Source: Takakia lepidozioides (lineage: Eukaryota > Plantae > Bryophyta). Taken from it: a stretch of 21,000 nt of DNA. Location: the NCBI GenBank assembly GCA_030704615.1, contig JAKLZA010000120.1, forward strand, positions 1-21,000, read 5' to 3'. Position 1 is the first letter of the stretch, and each line of letters starts with the position of its first letter. The translations under genes were made by a program, and so were the position numbers. Under the pieces are notes generated by a model. That model was not told the DNA's origin and did not search any database. It saw only the letters and a list, made by a program, of their open reading frames with translations. Positions 1-10,381 of this stretch are shown here, piece by piece.

Positions 1-73
1 ACCTTTCCTGTCTGAGTGTGTAGAGGGGTGGTATTGATGCAAGTATATTTCCTTGATATCCAAATAGAGCCCC

Positions 74-257
74 TTGGATGAAAGCAGCTCCATGGGTCAT
101 CGGCAGCCCGCGTCCCGCTTTGCCTTTGTCATAACTAGAGTGGGCCATAGTTGTAGAGGACATCGTAGGTTACAGGTCCACAGCGGCATCAACAAGACGC
201 CGTCGTTGCGGAATTTGAACGAGCCCTCTCTCACAAAGCAATCATGTCCACAGCCAT
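74..257 (-). pseudogene. Fragment of a third methyltransferase gene copy (element-2 type), left part of the insertion target
   Basis: Reverse complement of ~17205-17405, e.g. gaggacatcgtaggttacagg-tccacagcggcatcaacaag-cg-cgtcgttgcggaatttgaacg, with many indels. Confidence 0.8.
249..257 (+). repeat. Probable left target-site duplication (cacagccat)
   Basis: Matches cacaccat (14832-14839) with one indel. The length of 8-9 bp fits MULE-type TSDs. Confidence 0.55.
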
Positions 258-341
258 AGGGGGGGCTGCTATTTCATGAGCCATGAGCCATGAGCGGCAT
301 GAGCCATGAGCAGAGTCGTAAGTGTGGAAAAAAACATGAGC
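258..341 (+). repeat. Left terminal inverted repeat with CATGAGC subterminal heptamer repeats
   Basis: agggggggctgctatttcatgagccatgagccatgagcggcatgagccatgagc..., with a further catgagc at ~335; inverse copies at 14730-14831 and 18488-18546. Confidence 0.8.
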
Positions 342-723
342 AGCACTATTTTCCGGAAATGAGTGTCCGCGGGAATAGGGTTTAGGGTGCCACGGTCATA
401 GGGGGAGAAGGACCTCCCGATGAAGGAGGTTCGGCAATGTTATTTAGAATTATATATTGAAAGGCAATGTTTCGCGAATGGTAGGGTGGTACTGCTCTGT
501 ACAATGGGGGCCCATTTCAGCCTACCAGCCATTTGCAAAATTCACCCACACTCCCAATCCCAAACGAAATGAGCAATGACGCATTCTCGGAACAATGGAC
601 ACAGAATAGAATAAAAAGAGGGCACAATGAGGTTTTTATTGATCCACATGAATTGCATTTGAAGCACGTCTACTGTGCTGATTGTGCCCTCAAATCTTGA
701 GCCCTGTGCCTACTGAATACAAG

Positions 724-1398
724 TCACGTTGTCAATGGGACTTCGACTGCTCTCAGAACTAGCTCATGAGTCCTGGGGCTCCTCCATGTAAAGTCGATTG
801 CAGCCGTTGTACCGCCCCTAGTGATGTTCACCACAATGTCCTGCCCTTCAATCATACCACCATCGAATATGGAAATCTTCACGTTTTCGTCGTCCACACC
901 AATGCGAATGTCCCCATACAATGGAGAAGAGGAGCGCACTCCTCGAGGAGAATAGGTCTCTCCGATGGAGTCCACCCACGTCCAGTGGCAGCAGTTCCAC
1001 CGCAACAGCATAGCAGTGCGCCTTCTTCTGCATGGGTGACCGTCGTAGCTGGGAAAATCGGAATCGAGGATGCGCAGGAGCCACGGACTCCTCAAACCAA
1101 GATCGTCACCCCGCTCGAAGGCGTAGTGGCCTACGATATACTCAAAAGCCACCAATGTTTCCACAATCGAACCAGTATCTTCTGTGTAATCTGTGTACCA
1201 GATAACAATGTCTCCCGATGTGGCCGAATACATTGCATAATCGATGCCTCCAAAGGGGCAGTCGTCCCGGTTCCGGAAGCACGGCATCCTTGCAAAGGAG
1301 GACCTGAGGACGACTTGGATGCCGATGACCTTGCGGACAGCTACGAAGCCCTTAGATTTTGGAAAAGATACGAAGCGGAAGAGCAGTCCGGCCTCCAA
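724..1398 (-). CDS. Hypothetical protein (third cargo gene; 5' end uncertain)
   Basis: 224-codon ORF with protein-like composition. Followed by an AT-rich stretch with AATAAA on the - strand (~635-640) and preceded by the 1805-2580 palindrome array. No recognisable motif. Confidence 0.4.
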   Translation of the reverse strand: MEAGLLFRFVSFPKSKGFVAVRKVIGIQVVLRSSFARMPCFRNRDDCPFGGIDYAMYSATSGDIVIWYTDYTEDTGSIVETLVAFEYIVGHYAFERGDDLGLRSPWLLRILDSDFPSYDGHPCRRRRTAMLLRWNCCHWTWVDSIGETYSPRGVRSSSPLYGDIRIGVDDENVKISIFDGGMIEGQDIVVNITRGGTTAAIDFTWRSPRTHELVLRAVEVPLTT

Positions 1399-1804
1399 AA
1401 TGGAGCATCTGGGTCACACGTACCCACCGACGGAGGTGGAACGTGTTCATCACGCCAGCGGTGGATGAACCCATACATCTTTCTCATCAACAAGTTATAG
1501 TTTGAGATCTGCCACCGAAGTCCATCCCCCCGGATGGAAATTCGGCGCCGCATTTACATCGAAGAGGGGATGGACTTCGTCGTGTCCAGTGGCTATCGGC
1601 CCACCTGGCAGTGACTGTGCCCTGGAATGTACCTCACTTCTGTATGACTGTGTTTCATTGTGTTGAATAACTCTCGGATTTGGCCCACTGTTTACAATTT
1701 GATGTCTCATTTCTACAATTTGTCTGTCTGGTTGAATAAAGCAGAGTAACCGGTATGTGAGTCATGTGTCAAGAATATACCAGAGTAACGCCATGTCGGA
1801 CATT

Positions 1805-2580
1805 GAAATGCGGCACCGCATTTCCATGTCGGCATCGAAATGCGGCGCCGCATTTCCATGTCGGGATCGAAATGCGGTGCCGCATTTCCATGTCCGCATC
1901 GAAATGCGGCACAGCATTTCCATGTCGGACATCGAAATTCGGCACCGCATTTCCATGTGGGACAAGAAAATGCGGTGCATCATTTCCGTCCAGGTACACG
2001 AAATACCAACACGGGTCTATAAATTGATCAGAAAACGAGGTTGGCATGCAAATGCGGCGACGCATTTCCAGCTTGGCAATGGAAACTTCTTTTTGGACAA
2101 GGGAATGCGGTGCCGCATTTCCGTCCAACACTTCGAAAAGTGCACCTATTTCCGACCAGCGCGATGGAATGCGTTACCGCATTTCCGAGAGAGGGTCTGC
2201 AAATTGACAAATTGCGATGTCCGTTCTGGAAATGCGGCGCCGCATTTCCATGTCCGTCATCGACTTTTTTTTTACAATGGAATGCGGTGCCAGTTTTTGC
2301 TGATGGGTCTGCAGTTCGAACAACCACCATCCCCAATATGGAAATGCGGCACCGCATTTCCAATCCCGCCATGTCGGCCTCCTTGTTCGACCTCCTTGTT
2401 CGACCTCTGTAAGCGTGGTGGCATCCATGCAATGAGCGGGAGAGGCCAAAACTGGCGTGTGGACAAAGGAAATTTTGGAAATGCGGCACCGCATTCCCAA
2501 TTAGATTACTTTTTACTATGCCAACATTGAAATGGAAAATTAGTCCCTCCCCTGTTTTGGAAATGCGGTGCCGCATTTCC
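1805..2580. repeat. Array of ~14 palindromes (G)GAAATGCGGYRCCGCATTTCC; first six at a 32-33 bp period
   Basis: Copies start at 1805, 1837, 1869, 1901, 1934, 1967 (spacer atgtcgg(a)catc), then more loosely at ~2050, 2103, 2167, 2229, 2279, 2341, 2477, 2559. Confidence 0.9.
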
Positions 2581-2768
2581 AAAAGAGGTTCTTAGAGTTG
2601 CCAAAATTTTGGAAATGCCCTGACCCATTTCTGATTTTGGGAGCGTCCTGGTTTGGGCGATTGTGTGGCTGGAATGCACACTGGAGAGGGGTCACGAATG
2701 TCGGGCAGAATTTTCTTTATATACTCTGGAAGAGAATTTACATTTACAGAGACTTCATTAAAATTCTA

Positions 2769-5700
2769 TTAATCTTGAAAATCATCGGAATCCTCATCCT
2801 GTTCTAGACTGTCCTGCTCCTCCTCCACCCCCTCAGTGCCTCTCTCATCTCCAGCGGACTGCTCGTTGGCCAGGCTTTCGAAAATCCCATCTTCCCCTTG
2901 CGGAACTGTCCATCTCACCTCCGTTGGGTCGTCTTCCTCCCTGTCTGCGTCGCTCTCATCCGCTGAATCACATATGTACTTTCGTACCCGTCTACCTGTC
3001 TGAGCTGCTGCCAACTCTTTCCTTATCCTTCTGTCCTCCCTAGCCCTCTCCAAAATCTGCTCTACTTTACTGGGATTCTCACTTCTTCTAATCGCTGTAT
3101 TTGCGAGTTTAGCTGCATAACTAGGAAGGGAGTAGTCCCTCACCGGGCTCGTCATGAAGTCGGCCCTCGCAAAGAACGGGACATTCTTCCTGGCAGGAAG
3201 TGTAGGCCCTACATGTTTCGACCCGGACCCTGCAATCCTGCACATGACAATCATCAACGAGACTAATGAGAACCACAGTCGGGAAATTCCTTTGACATAA
3301 ATGACCCAGAAGGCTTTGCAAACTTACAATGTTTGCACTCACTCGTATTCCGGGGCTCCTCTGCATCCAATGTCCTCGGACTCCGACGAATCCGAGGAGA
3401 CTTCCGCTCTGTCGGGAGCCTTCACATTCCGTTGCAGCCCCTCCAGATGGGATCCCCACACGGATGAATCCTCCTCGTAGGCAAAGAGGTGCCGGTCGGA
3501 AAACCGCCCAGCCCACATTGAGGCACCTGTTACAATGCCATCCACACATTACCACATGGCGCTTCAGATGTTGCGAACTACATCCTAACGAGAATTTGCA
3601 GAACAGCAGAGATCAAGATTCTGCATACCTGTCCCACAGATGAGGTCCAGCACTGTGCCCTCCACGTCTGTGCATGTCTCCATAATTGTCTGAATGAAGG
3701 CAGGGCTCCGAGTCCGTGAGTACCGCAGGGGTTCCGTTGAAGTGAGGCTATGAGGGAGAAGTTCCTTGGGAACGTTGTTGAACAGAACGTCGTAATCGAG
3801 TGGGTCGCAGTTCGGGTCAACCTTTCCTCCCTCCTTCCGGAAAGCAAAGGTGGAGTTTCCTTCACAAAGCAGTATGCATCGAACTGCTTCGTCTGCATAC
3901 ACAGGGGGAAAACGATTAGAAACCGAATGCGGCACCGCATTTGAAAGCACCCAAGCAAATGAATGGACGAGTGCCAGTGTCGTAATCACCTTCTTCCCTT
4001 CCGACCGAAGGCCCAGTGTGTTGATGCACGTCCACTTCTTTTTCAGAATCGGGACGGCGCTCTTGCGGGTCCACTTCGCAATTCCTGTCTGAGTGTTTTT
4101 TCCTCTGCTCGCCAGGACAACCACACAGCCTCTGTCGTCCAACACCATGCGGGCAAGCCCGAATCCTTTCTTCCAAAAGTCCTCCGAGTACCTGTTCCAA
4201 GATGGCAAAGCTTGCAGTCCTTCCACAGGCTCTCCGTCCGGAATATCCAAGATGATCATATCGCAAGACCACTCGGTGGCATTTCCGCCCCTCCTACAAT
4301 CCTTGTCTGCACACACCCTCTCAAAGAACGAGACCATATTCTGAAATCCTGGGGTGTCGGAAGGCTCTTCGGCAGTCGCCTTCTTCAGTGCTCTGCCCTT
4401 CAGACCCTCCATGGTCTTCATGTATGCCAACTTGGCTGCCCGTCCATCCAAAGCCGCCAAGAAACTCTCATTTACACACTGGACTACAGTTTCGGGAGCC
4501 ACTTTCGGCCTCTTCATTTCCACCGGCTCGAAAGGGTGCCCCCCTGGGGGTTGAAGAGTGCCTTCTTTGCCGAGCCAGTTCTCGTGCCTCTGTGACAACG
4601 GTGGGCACAGGGGAGGCAGCCTGCGTTTGGGGGGGTGGGCTGGTTGCAAAGTCTCCATCGGAGTCCTCTTCCTCACCCTCTTCCTGAACAGGCTGTTTCT
4701 GCTTCTTCGTTTTGGCGGGTGTCACAACAGCTGCTCCTTGCTGGCGAGTCCTCTTCTTCGACCCCTTCTGTTGGGCCTGCACAGCTGCATCCACCGTCTT
4801 TTGTGCCATCTCAGCTGCCTTTCTGGATTCTTCCAGAGCAGCAGATTCCTTTGCCGACTTTGGCCCAGCAGGGACACGTCTTTCCTTTCTCTTCTCTTCT
4901 GCCAAGGCGTGCAGATCTTTCTCAGACTCGTCAACAATACCGCCAGACATGTCCAGGTACCACGGGCATCCAACGAGATGCGCGGGATGCCATTGTTTCT
5001 GCATCTCGGGTGTGTAGACACAGCTTGGGCCGCCACGGTCCAAGCCATGAAGAACGGGGGCTCTTGAGCCAGGGCCCCTGTCTGAAGGAGCACGTATTTC
5101 ATATACCTGCAAGGCAGTCAGCATGCGTGAGCAAAACTTGAGACCAACCTACTGGCAGAGTGCCACCGAAAACATAAAATGCGAATGCGGTGCCGCATTT
5201 CCGAGACAAACCTCGTAACCAGGCTTCGCATACAAGGGCAGCTGTGCTTCACCTGTAAACAATTCGCATTGCAGCTTTCCCCGCTCCCTCCTGATGTGTA
5301 AACTCCACGCTCCTTCTTGCTGTCTGTAGCTCTCTGGCGAAAAGGTTGTCCTTGTACGCACATCTGAAACGTGTCACGTAGTCTTCCAATGTCTGTGTTC
5401 CATCCCATTTGACGTACAAGCCGAACGAATTTGTGTGCATTACGACTTGCTCCTTTGCATTCGACATTACCTGCCATTCCCAAATGCATTGTCACGTAGC
5501 AGTTCAGGGAATTCATGTCAGAAAAGCAAATCTGGGGAAGTACCTTGAATTACCTGGAACCACCAAGTCATACGGTTGAGCCACACATCCACTGCAGGGT
5601 CGGAAACTTCCAGTGGAAAAGACCACATTGTCCTTATGCTCTCGGATGCATTCCAGATCGACAGCCACCGTGTCTGCCATTTCCGATCCAATGTCAGTGG

Positions 5701-7874
5701 CTGGAAGAGAGTGGCTATTGCTAGGAAGGAAATTCAGTGCATTGAAACCTCACCTTCTCTTTCGCCTCCACACATGCCGTTGAGAGGTGATGCAGTTTCT
5801 CCAATTGCATGGTCGGCTGCATGGCCCGAGAATAGTGTTTTGCAATCTCGGGGATGAAGTCCTTTCCAAGTGCCGGATCTGCAATTGCCACCAGCTTCAC
5901 AAGCTTTGACTTGTATTTGGTTCTGGACTTGACACCGGCTTCCTTCAAGTGCTCAGTCAATGACTGCAACGTTTTGACCTGCCCCTCACTTTCCATGAAG
6001 AAGCGTTTGGCATGGGCCAAATCCAGCTTGATGTTTGACTGCCAACAAAAACATGCAGAAGCGTTACATTCGATTCATGTGGAAACATTACTGGAAATTG
6101 GGGAAGGATGAGCAGAGGGAAATTGGAGCACGACTTACTTCGTATATCACCTCCACCATTCCATCCATAGTGAGACGATACCATGTCCGGTCTGTTTTTG
6201 CAACGGCTTTCTGAATGAGCTCCGGCTCCAGCATTTCCGCAAACATCTGCGGATCAGTAAGACCAGTTTTCCTCACCCTGTACAGCATATGTGCCATGTG
6301 GGTATGCACGTACGCATTCTCAGTGACCCTGCAAGGCACACTCTCCAGTTCAGTACACGGAAGCACGGAATCAAACCAGAATGGAAACCGAAATGCGGCA
6401 CCGCATTTCGAATGTGCTAGGGAGGGTATGAGTATCTTACGAGTTGAGGTCCGCCATGGCATTCTTGAGGAGGGAGGAGTCTGCCGCCTTCACCTTGAGG
6501 ATGACACACTCCACCATGTAATGCCAGCCAATGTGCTTGGCATGGTTCTGCTTGATGTACTCCCACCAGGCGAGAAGTCGGTGATTCCCGTCCCACACAA
6601 AGAACATTTTTCCCGACATATGGCCGAAGTCGGGATCACCCTTCAGCGTCGCCTCGAATTCGTGGTTGCGAGTGTGCCAGTGGGTATCCCACGTTGACAA
6701 TTCATCGGCAGTGGGTCCACGGGTTTCGCCGTCCTCATTCTCTATGGAAACGTAAAACGCTGCCGATCCCAGACGGTACCCTTCTCGAAATGCGAACTTG
6801 AGCTTATCCATCTCCGGGAAGGGCCTGCCTGACGATGGGAAGGGAGACCATGCGACAGAGTGGGATTCGAAGAGTCCGCTGGAATACCCTGCTGCCCAGA
6901 ACTCTGCCAATGCTACTGTGTGTCTCCTCCAACATTTTATCCGCTGCACTTTTGAAATCCTCCGGAGACATGTCTGTAGGTGCCGGTAGTGGCTGAGCAG
7001 GTGGAGCATCCTCAACTGGAGCTGCACTCTGGGCCTGTGTGCGGGCAATTCTGCCATTGCAGAGGCCTCCTCCGGGCCTGCTAGCTCATCGGTGGTGAGG
7101 TCTGCCTGCGAACGTTCAGCGGCAGCACCCTCCTCCGGTACCAAATCGAGATCAACGGTCGATCCCATTGCCTTCGCTGCAGCAGAGTCGGCCCCAACAT
7201 CTGCAGGCGGGAAATCCTCCAGGAACTGAGCTTCAGCTCGTGGAAGCGGTTTTGCGGGAGATTGTTCGCCCGTCGCCCTGATTGCCTTCTGCTTCCTCAT
7301 CCTTGCAGGTGAAGGTGTCTGCTGCAATAGAATCTGTCTTCTACCCTGCTGCTTCATTCGCGTTGGGGGGGGTGAATCGGCCTGAGCCGGTTCAGAAGCC
7401 AGTAGAGGGACGGGCTGCTTCTTCTTCGACTTTGCTGGAGAAGGGCCCGACCCCTGCTGGCGATTCTCCATGATCGAAGAACGCGAGTCGATCTCTGAGA
7501 CTTTGAACTTGCCCTTCGAAGACGCGTCTTTGAATCGCAGAGGGCTAGGCCCGGCAGGAGTACCCGCGCTCGGGGATCGGGTGGGTGTACGTGCTGCAGC
7601 TAGCTCCTCGGACTCTTCCTGCGGCTCTTCGGATTCCTGCGATCCCTCCAGCACGTCCACCTTTCCTGTTAGGCATGCAAACATGTTCTGCATTCAAGTC
7701 TCCTAGCATTCAGTCTAAGAATTACAGAAGCAAAATGGGGGTTTCGGTGCTCGATCAGCTGCGCGCAGCCCGATCGCATGGAGCTCTCACTGGTGGCTGG
7801 GTTGCCTGAGTGGCCTGCTGCTCGGAGATGGCAATCTCCTCCTGTAGACGCATCTGCTTCCTCCCCTTCGGCAT
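2769..7874 (-). CDS. Multi-exon gene: low-complexity N-terminus, ParB/Srx-like domain, linker, beta-class N4C/N6A DNA methyltransferase-like domain, acidic tail (several apparent frameshifts)
   Basis: Approximate exons 7874-7791, ~7687-6441, 6328-6139, 6038-5754, ~5700-5554, ~5472-5253, ~5107-3990, 3892-3629, 3526-~3342, 3237-2769. Most have clear GT..AG borders with matching phases; the first exon and the 5700-5554 exon are uncertain. Motifs FFVWDGNHRLLAW, CDMIILDIPDG and VLDLICGTG|ASMWAGRFSDRHLFAYEED. The 3' half is supported by a diverged paralog at 16020-18343 with the same intron positions. Confidence 0.75.
3468..4265 (-). other. Beta-class (N4C/N6A) DNA methyltransferase-like domain, split by two introns
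   Basis: Motif IV-like DMIILDIPD (4247-4236) comes first, then FWKKGFGLARMVLDDRGCVVVL, then motif X/I-like RSPAFIQTIMETCTDVEGTVLDLICGTG and motif II-like RHLFAYEED. This is the beta-class motif order of the N6_N4_Mtase family. Confidence 0.75.
6441..6880 (-). other. ParB/sulfiredoxin-like domain
   Basis: After correcting a frameshift at ~6810: RIPLCRMVSLPIVRQALPGD-DKLKFAFREGY...KMFFVWDGNHRLLAW...VECVIL...NAMADLN. DGNHR at 6592-6578 matches the ParB/Srx hhhDGxHR signature. Confidence 0.65.
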
Positions 7875-8312
7875 TGGCCTACGTCCGAAGTATAATTTCC
7901 GGAGCTTGCGACGAGGTCTCCTGTCTGGTGCACGAACTCCCCCCCTCTCAGGTTCGAGCATAAGAAGAACAGAGAGAGGGAAAGGGGCAAAGAGTGCAGA
8001 TGGAAAGGGCGCGAGAGGGGTGACTGAGGAGACACGACAAAAGTAGATGAAACGGCGGTGATGCACCACTTGGGTTCGAAAGGTTGGACGAAAGTGTCTC
8101 CTCGTGGAGTTTGCGTCATTACGAAATTCGAATCGTTGAGGGTACGCCTGCCGTCCGAAAATCAAACATCATTATCCAACGGTCAGGCCGCGCCGCCTCA
8201 TGCCCCTTCAGTCAGATAGAGTGCCGACATGTGCAGCAATTCCGTTGCTCCACGTGTTCACATTTCAAGGCATTTCCGTCCCAGCGTCTGATGAGTTTTG
8301 GAGCGAGAATGC

Positions 8313-9952
8313 GAATGCGGCGCCGCATTTCCGTTAAGTACCATCACGAAGCTACACATCCGTACTTGTTGGAAGAAAATGCGGCACCGCATTTCCGTTC
8401 CACCTTCACATACCTTAGTTGTTGAACGGAAATACGGTGCCGCATTTCCGTCCCACAGCTCCATGTATGAGATTCAGAAGGAAATGCGGCGCCGCATTTC
8501 CGTTCCCACTTCACATACGTTAGTTGATGAATGGAAATGCCGTGCCACATTTCCGTTCGGGAAAGTATAGAGGTCTCACCTGGACAGAAATGCGGTGTCG
8601 CATTTCCGGTCTGGAAAGGTTGAAGGTCTCACATGGATGGAAATGCGGCAACACATTTCCGTAGCACAGCTCCAGGCCGAATATACAAAACGGAAATGCG
8701 GCGCCGCATTCCGTTCGAGAATGTCGGAAGTGCGACTCGAACGGAAATGCGGTGCCGCATTTCTGTACCCGTTGCGCACGATTTTCAGTCAGAATGGAAA
8801 TGCGGTACCGCATTTCCGTTCTGTAGAGTATTAACGTCTGACGCTGGCGGAAATGCCTTCCCGCATTTTCGTTCCACAGCTCCATGCCTCACATACAAAA
8901 CGGAAATGCGGTGCCGCATTTCCGTTTTGGAATGTCGGATGGTGGGACTCCGACGGAAATGCGGTACCGCATTTCAATTCGATGTTTCAGGATATTTCAT
9001 CAGAACGGAAATGCGGTGCCGCATTTCCTTTTAAATCTAATACATTCCGTTCTGGAATGTTGGGAGGTGCGACTCGGATGGAAATGCGCTGCCGCATTTC
9101 AGTTCCGATGGTTCACGATTTCAGTCAGAACGGAAATGCGGTGCCGCATTTCCGTTCTGGAATGATGGTGGTGCGACTCGGATGGAAATACGTTGCCGCA
9201 TTTCAGTTCCGATGGTTCACGATTTTCAGTCAGAACGGAAATGCGGTGCCGCATTTCCGTTCTGGAATGATGAGGTGCGACTCGGATGGAAATACGGTGC
9301 CGCATTTCAGTTCAGATAGTTCACGATTTTCAGTCAGAACGGAAATGCGGTGCCGCATTTCCGTTCTGGATAGTGTGAATGTCTCAACCGGTCGGAATTG
9401 CGCTGTATGAAGCTGTCGGAATCTTACTCGGCTCCAGGCATCAGATACAAAATGGAAATGCGGCGCCGCATTTCCTTTATGGAATGTCGAAAAGTGCGAC
9501 TTTGACGGAAATGCGGTGCCGCATTTCTGTTCCCGTTGTTCATAATTCTCAATCAGAACGGAAATGCGGTACCGCATTTCCGTTCCACCTTCACATACCG
9601 TGCTTGTTGAATGACGGAAATGTGCTGCAGCATTTCTATCCCTCAGCTCCATGCATCAGATACAAATGGAAATGCGGCGCCGCATTCCCGTTCTGGAATG
9701 TCGAAAAGTGCGACTCGGACGGAAATGCGGTGCCGCATTTCTGTTCCCGTTGTTCATAATCTCAATCAGAACGGAAATGCGGTACCGCATTTCCGTTCCA
9801 CCTTCACATACCGTGCTTGCTGGATGGAAATGCGTTACCGCATTTCCGTTCTGGAGAGTATAAAGGTTTCCCCGGACGGAAACTCGGTGCCGCATTTCCG
9901 TCGCTCTGTTGCATGACCAAGATGCAATACGGAAATGCGGCGCCGTATTTCC
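8313..9952. repeat. Array of ~31 22-bp palindromes GGAAATGCGGYRCCGCATTTCC at a ~53-bp period with variable ~31-bp spacers, lying between the divergent genes
   Basis: Starts at 8375, 8428, 8480, 8533, 8586, 8639, 8692, 8743, 8796, 8849, 8902, 8955, 9007, 9080, 9132 ... 9826, 9878, 9931. Most intervals are 51-53 bp. Confidence 0.95.
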
Positions 9953-10381
9953 GTCCACCAGCAATCGACAGAATCACTCGTGACGGGAAATCTGGAACCT
10001 CAATGGGTTGCATTGTTCCGAAACAACACAATTGCGGCCAGTCTTGATGAGCACAACTTGGTTGTCTGACCGTTTTAACCAGCAGTCCTGGCACTTGTCA
10101 GTGCGAACGTTCCTGTCTGCACCGAGAATACTGCTGGATCCACCCTCAGGAGAAACTGTCAGGAGATGTTATTTCGTCGCCGAATCGGCCATCATTGTCC
10201 TACTCACTGGCTATGGAATCAAACCTCCCACCTTCATGCATGTAGCTTGAAACAATACTTTCCACTTCAATGTGCGACTTCCAATCGTCGATGGACTCCG
10301 CAGATCCACTTAGATGGTGCCTGTGAGCCTTGGTCTGTCGCTATACTGAACCTCGCACTTGCCAACTCCGTGCGGTGTTCG

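Noticed and set aside
376-388. Telomeric repeat tagggtttaggg
   Set aside because: Only about 1.5 units; too short to call a telomeric array, noted only as a weak plant-like motif.
766-1500. 244-aa + strand ORF as the real gene
   Set aside because: Antisense to the - strand ORF, which has the more protein-like composition and a poly(A) signal. Not fully excluded.
1757-2582. ORFs with repeated MRHRIS/KCGAAF/GNAAPHF peptides (also 8084-10094)
   Set aside because: They are translations of the stop-free palindrome in all six frames, not genes.
3468-6880. Bacterial restriction-modification system or prophage contamination
   Set aside because: The gene is interrupted by spliceosomal GT-AG introns conserved between paralogs and lies inside a eukaryotic transposon; no endonuclease or phage genes are visible.
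8313-9952. True CRISPR array
   Set aside because: No cas genes, eukaryotic intron-containing context, degenerate repeats, and spacers recur as a few related types rather than being unique.
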